A stretch of 32,000 nt of DNA from Candidatus Harpocratesius repetitus. Lineage in GTDB: Archaea > Asgardarchaeota > Lokiarchaeia > Sigyniarchaeales > Promethearchaeaceae. The notes beneath the pieces were generated by a model that saw only the letters and a program-made list of their open reading frames with translations, searched no databases and had not been told where the DNA came from. Positions within the stretch are counted from its first letter, which is position 1, and each line of letters starts with the position of its first letter. The translations under genes were made by a program, and so were the position numbers. Below, piece after piece: positions 28,349 through 32,000 of the stretch. The stretch is from contig JAIZWK010000001.1 in NCBI GenBank assembly GCA_021498095.1, forward strand, positions 690,001 through 722,000, given 5' to 3'.

Positions 28349-29370
28349 AGCAAGAAAAAAGGTTTTAAAATTTTAACATAATGATCTCGAATCGAATATT
28401 CTGCTACGTTCATTGCCTTTGAAGCTGTTTTTTGTGTTAATATCGGTTTTGTTTGGAATTCTTTGGCAATTAATCTATCTGCACAATAAACAACAGTTGC
28501 AGCTAATATATACGGATTTCTTGAACCTCTTATCCTAGCATTTAATTGTTTAAGAATATACAAGCTTTTTTTATGTAATAAGCGCCGATATTCTTCTTTT
28601 TGCCATTTTGAATTTTTTATCTTCATCCTTTTTAATATTTCTTCACTATTTACAATATCATTTATAAATCGGCTAATAAAATCTTCACTTTGATGAGGTT
28701 TTATTCTATTTTCAATAAAATTTTGGTATTGCATATAATCTCTTATAATTAATTTTGGATTGATACGATGTCCCAACAAAGAGAAAGTCTTGCATAATTC
28801 TTTTAAGCTAACAGGTGAATGTGATTTATTTTCTTTAGATGCTTGGAAAATACAAAAACCAATAAGAGAAACGTGATTTACAATGCATGATGCTCTTTTC
28901 TTGATTTCATGGTATAAATATGCTGCTCTATTCTTTACAAGTGTTGATATATTAAGATATTCACAAATTTGGGTTAAAATTTTTAAAATTCTATAATCTG
29001 TTTCATGATTTTTAATTTTTGAAGGTAGTGAATAAAATTTTTTTAGTTTTGAAAATTTTTTTTGTTTTTCTGCAGGAATTAATTTCTTCTTATAATCATA
29101 AAACGTATATTTTGAAAAATAATCAATATGACTCCCCAAGGTGCATATATTGTCCACTGTTTTGCCAATAGAAACAAATTGGGTACTAGAACAAGAACTA
29201 TATTCTTTATTTTCGTTAATCTGAAAACTATTAATGAAAGAAATCGAATTAATAACTAATCCACAATTCTCACAAACAATTTCAAACCCGTTATTTATAA
29301 GTGTCCCATTACATTCAGGACATGTTTTATTTATGGAATTATTGTAGGTGTTTATAATTTTTGAAGTCAT
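28345..29370 (-). CDS. tfb: Transcription initiation factor IIB paralogue (TFB-like)
   Basis: Zn ribbon CPEC...VCENCG, two cyclin repeats and C-terminal HTH TQKTASKAMNVAEYSIRDHY. Confidence 0.85.
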   Translation of the reverse strand: MTSKIINTYNNSINKTCPECNGTLINNGFEIVCENCGLVINSISFINSFQINENKEYSSCSSTQFVSIGKTVDNICTLGSHIDYFSKYTFYDYKKKLIPAEKQKKFSKLKKFYSLPSKIKNHETDYRILKILTQICEYLNISTLVKNRAAYLYHEIKKRASCIVNHVSLIGFCIFQASKENKSHSPVSLKELCKTFSLLGHRINPKLIIRDYMQYQNFIENRIKPHQSEDFISRFINDIVNSEEILKRMKIKNSKWQKEEYRRLLHKKSLYILKQLNARIRGSRNPYILAATVVYCADRLIAKEFQTKPILTQKTASKAMNVAEYSIRDHYVKILKPFFLL

Positions 29371-29582
29371 AGGTTAAAGAAAAAATCAAATTCAAGAGTT
29401 AAATGATTTCTTAGGAATTTTGATGTAATTAAAGTAATTATTATTTCATTTAGATAGTAAAAAGTTTAGATCAGAGAGACATAATTGAAAATAGAATTTT
29501 TATGGATACGATTTTTTATATTTTAAAGCTAATAGTAATGTCGGACTATTTATCTAAATTTTAAAAATATTATTTAGAAAAA

Positions 29583-30731
29583 ATGCTGAAAAAACCAACT
29601 ATTTTTGATTACACGCAAATACAAAATTGTATTATCTATAAATTAAAAAAGAAAAATCTAATTTATAGAGGATTTATGATCGAAGATTTCGATTATTTCA
29701 ATGAAATTGACCAATATTTAAAAGAACATTTAGTAACACAAAAAATAAGCTATATCTTCTACTTTTTTCCTAGAAATAATAAACTAATACTATGGATTTT
29801 TTCACGAAATTATAATATCCATGAGTTTAATTTAATTATCAATGAATTTCTTTCATATTTTTCAATTTTGTTAAAAAATTTATCTGAAGATATCTTAATA
29901 AAATCATTTTTTGTTAATTCTTTTTTACAACATTCAGAAATTGAGATTATAGATGATTTTGATGATGAAAAATTTGAACTTGTAGATCAAAATTCAAATT
30001 CATTATTTATCTTCAAAATTTCATTCAAATTAAAAACACATCAAACAAAATACTGTAATATATTGAAAAAATTCCTAGAATATACAAATACTGCTAAAAT
30101 TCAAACTCTAATTCAGATTAAATCAAAAAATGACTATGTCCAGAAAGTAGCAATAATTGTTTTTTTTAAAACTCTTACTGAAAAAAAAACTCTTGAAGGA
30201 TATATTAAATCACTTAAAATATCTGATTTTCTAGCATTGCATAAAATAAGATTAAAAGACTTTAAAAGAATGATCTCAAAAAAAATAATAAACAATTATA
30301 ATCAAATACGCTTAGATGAAGTTTTTCCATATTTTACTAGAAAAATAGACGAAAAAATCTTTCAACCAAATTATTTACTTAATTCTTTAACTAAAGTTAA
30401 AGAAATACTAAAACATTCCTCAAAAAAATTAAAAATTTCGGAATATTTAATTATAAATAATAAGAATCAATATATTTTTATTTTAAATAACAAAACTCTC
30501 TTAAAATTAACTCAATCTCTACTTAAATATTACCCTAATTGTGTAGATTTTTTAATCATTTCTTCTAATTCTGAATTAATTCAAATCTTAAAAAATAGAA
30601 CTTCAATTGAAAAATTATCAAAATTATCTCTATTTTTTTATGAAAATCTTCAAAGTTTAATGCAAACAATTTTACACGATACCAATCAAGATCAGAAATC
30701 TAGTGAGAGTCCATTATTGATAATCAATTAA
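29583..30731 (+). CDS. Hypothetical protein (382 aa, soluble)
   Basis: Long ORF in AT-rich DNA; no motif recognised. Confidence 0.6.
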   Translation: MLKKPTIFDYTQIQNCIIYKLKKKNLIYRGFMIEDFDYFNEIDQYLKEHLVTQKISYIFYFFPRNNKLILWIFSRNYNIHEFNLIINEFLSYFSILLKNLSEDILIKSFFVNSFLQHSEIEIIDDFDDEKFELVDQNSNSLFIFKISFKLKTHQTKYCNILKKFLEYTNTAKIQTLIQIKSKNDYVQKVAIIVFFKTLTEKKTLEGYIKSLKISDFLALHKIRLKDFKRMISKKIINNYNQIRLDEVFPYFTRKIDEKIFQPNYLLNSLTKVKEILKHSSKKLKISEYLIINNKNQYIFILNNKTLLKLTQSLLKYYPNCVDFLIISSNSELIQILKNRTSIEKLSKLSLFFYENLQSLMQTILHDTNQDQKSSESPLLIIN

Positions 30732-30759
30732 ATATAAATATTATATTAATTTATTTTTT

Positions 30760-31075
30760 AATGATCGTGGGGATCTAGGCAATCCCTTGAAACTCTATAC
30801 AGAGTGGAGCCGTGCCTATAACGGACTGAGAAAATTTCGAAAGAATATGAATTTAGTTAAAAAAATAATCTTACTAACCAATGATACACTCCCTATTTGA
30901 GATGAGCTATGGTAAAGTCATTTTCGTAGGAAAATGATAATTACCTTAAAGAACAAAATCGGCAAGGCCAGGGATGGAGCAACCGTAAGTTCAATAGTTT
31001 ATGCACAAGTTGTGGGGTGTTAAGGTCCAAGATTATAGATTTAATTAAACAATTATTCCTGAAAAATTGATCATT
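30760..31075 (+). ncRNA. ffs: Signal recognition particle RNA (archaeal 7S RNA)
   Basis: Helix 8 GCAAGGCCA-GGGA-TGGAGCAACC (GNRA loop, 30971-74). Helix 6 GTCATTTTC-GTAG-GAAAATGAT (GNAG loop, 30926-29). Alu hairpins GGGAT..ATCCC and ACTCT..AGAGT. Helix 5 pairings (ATAATCTT/AAGATTAT, ACACTCC/GGGGTGT). Terminal AATGATC/GATCATT closes about 316 nt. TATAAATA lies about 25 nt upstream. Confidence 0.88.
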
Positions 31076-31430
31076 CATATATTAATTGAAAAATTATTAA
31101 AAAAAAATTTACAATAAATAAAGAAGCAATACCAATAAATGAGATATTTATTATTTGGTAAATTTCATTCATTACTTTCAATAATAATATGTTAATATGG
31201 GCTTCAATTACCATATTGTTAATGTATTTACTCATTTCTAAAATAATAATTCGTTTAATTTCTGAGATTTTAAGAACTAAATATTCAATTAAAATAAAAA
31301 AAATACTTTTAATTGCAATTTTTGGAATAATTTGAATAAAAAAAAAAAGAAAAAAAACAAAAATGCAAAGAAATGTGTAAATTGAAAATAATTTTAGTAA
31401 AAAATCGAATGTATTGCTGAATAGAATCAT
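31071..31430 (-). CDS. Hypothetical small membrane protein
   Basis: Three hydrophobic segments, 7 bp downstream of the GTPase gene. Low complexity means it could be spurious. Confidence 0.4.
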   Translation of the reverse strand: MILFSNTFDFLLKLFSIYTFLCIFVFFLFFFIQIIPKIAIKSIFFILIEYLVLKISEIKRIIILEMSKYINNMVIEAHINILLLKVMNEIYQIINISFIGIASLFIVNFFLIIFQLIYE

Positions 31431-31437
31431 TTTATTT

Positions 31438-32000
31438 CTACTTCACAATAATTGATGGGAAAATCATTTCTAAGATATATTTAAATGCCTCTATGATCCC
31501 TCTGTTATCTATTGCAATAGTTGGGATTAATTGGACTTTTGATAAGGAATTTAATTGAAAATGTTGATTAATTTCATCTAAACTAATTAAATTATCTAAA
31601 TCTTGCTTGTTTAAACAAATTACAATTGGTAAATCCGAGATTTTTTCCTGTAAATAGAAATTTAATTCATTCCAAGATGAGAGGTTATCATTGAAATATT
31701 TTCTTTGTGAATCGACAACAAACATTATTCCATCTATCCCATAAAGAGTTGCTGGTCTGGTAGACGCATAGAAATCTTGTCCTGTCGCAGTTAAAAGAGA
31801 GATTTTTACTATCCATTCCCCTCCTTTTAATTGTAGTACTCCAAAATCAAAAAAAAGGGTTCTTCCTGTTGTTGTTTCAATCGAAGTTAGTAAGTCTTCG
31901 CGATTAAACGATCTAAATAAATTTTTCAAGCTAGTTGTCTTTCCAGACATAGCACAGCCATAATAAACTATCTTAATCTGAATTTCTTTTTTTTTATAAT
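31438..32000 (-). CDS. mglA: MglA-like small GTPase, 5' end beyond the window
   Basis: The frame is open past 32000 and reads KEIQIKIVYYGCAMSGKTT (G1), RTLFFDF (switch I), TATGQ (TxxGQ G3), DGIMFVVDS and NKQDL (G4). Confidence 0.85.
   Translation of the reverse strand, partial: YKKKEIQIKIVYYGCAMSGKTTSLKNLFRSFNREDLLTSIETTTGRTLFFDFGVLQLKGGEWIVKISLLTATGQDFYASTRPATLYGIDGIMFVVDSQRKYFNDNLSSWNELNFYLQEKISDLPIVICLNKQDLDNLISLDEINQHFQLNSLSKVQLIPTIAIDNRGIIEAFKYILEMIFPSIIVK

Noticed and set aside
30760-31075. RNase P RNA as an alternative identity for the structured RNA
   Set aside because: It lacks proper P4 strands (GAGGAAAGUCC / ACAGAAxxCGGCUUA), while SRP helices 6 and 8 match well.

Overview
A very AT-rich archaeal chromosomal window, probably Asgard/Lokiarchaeia-like. 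That lineage call is an inference from the ribosomal proteins, class I LysRS, MglA-type GTPase and divergent TFB; no phylogeny was run. Left arm: a membrane-anchored S8 protease with a GIFT-like domain, a DUF2116 Zn-ribbon protein, class I lysS, ABCE1 and rpl3-rpl4-rpl23. Directly after the rpl23 oligo-T tract sits a complete GC-richer group IIB (chloroplast-like class) intron (10165-12326). Its RT/maturase ORF is broken by one in-frame TAG, and a decayed transposase-like remnant follows it. The centre holds a tightly packed minus-strand operon: pilin, an Orc1/Cdc6 that looks Orc1-2/ORC2-like, a wHTH protein, prepilin peptidase, pilus ATPase, a pilin-like protein and a TadC/FlaJ-like platform. 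This is the most interesting feature, because Sulfolobus Orc1-2 is known to control DNA-damage-induced Ups pili. Upstream, in the same orientation, is a 1963-aa surface protein with about 17 PKD domains, about 9.5 of them near-identical 255-bp tandem repeats. Right arm: rps17e, UPF0148, tRNA-Glu(CTC), an MtaB-type methylthiotransferase, a TFB paralogue, a hypothetical protein, the SRP (7S) RNA (not shown in the ORF track) and an MglA-like GTPase running off the window edge. All family calls come from reading motifs by eye; no database searches were run.
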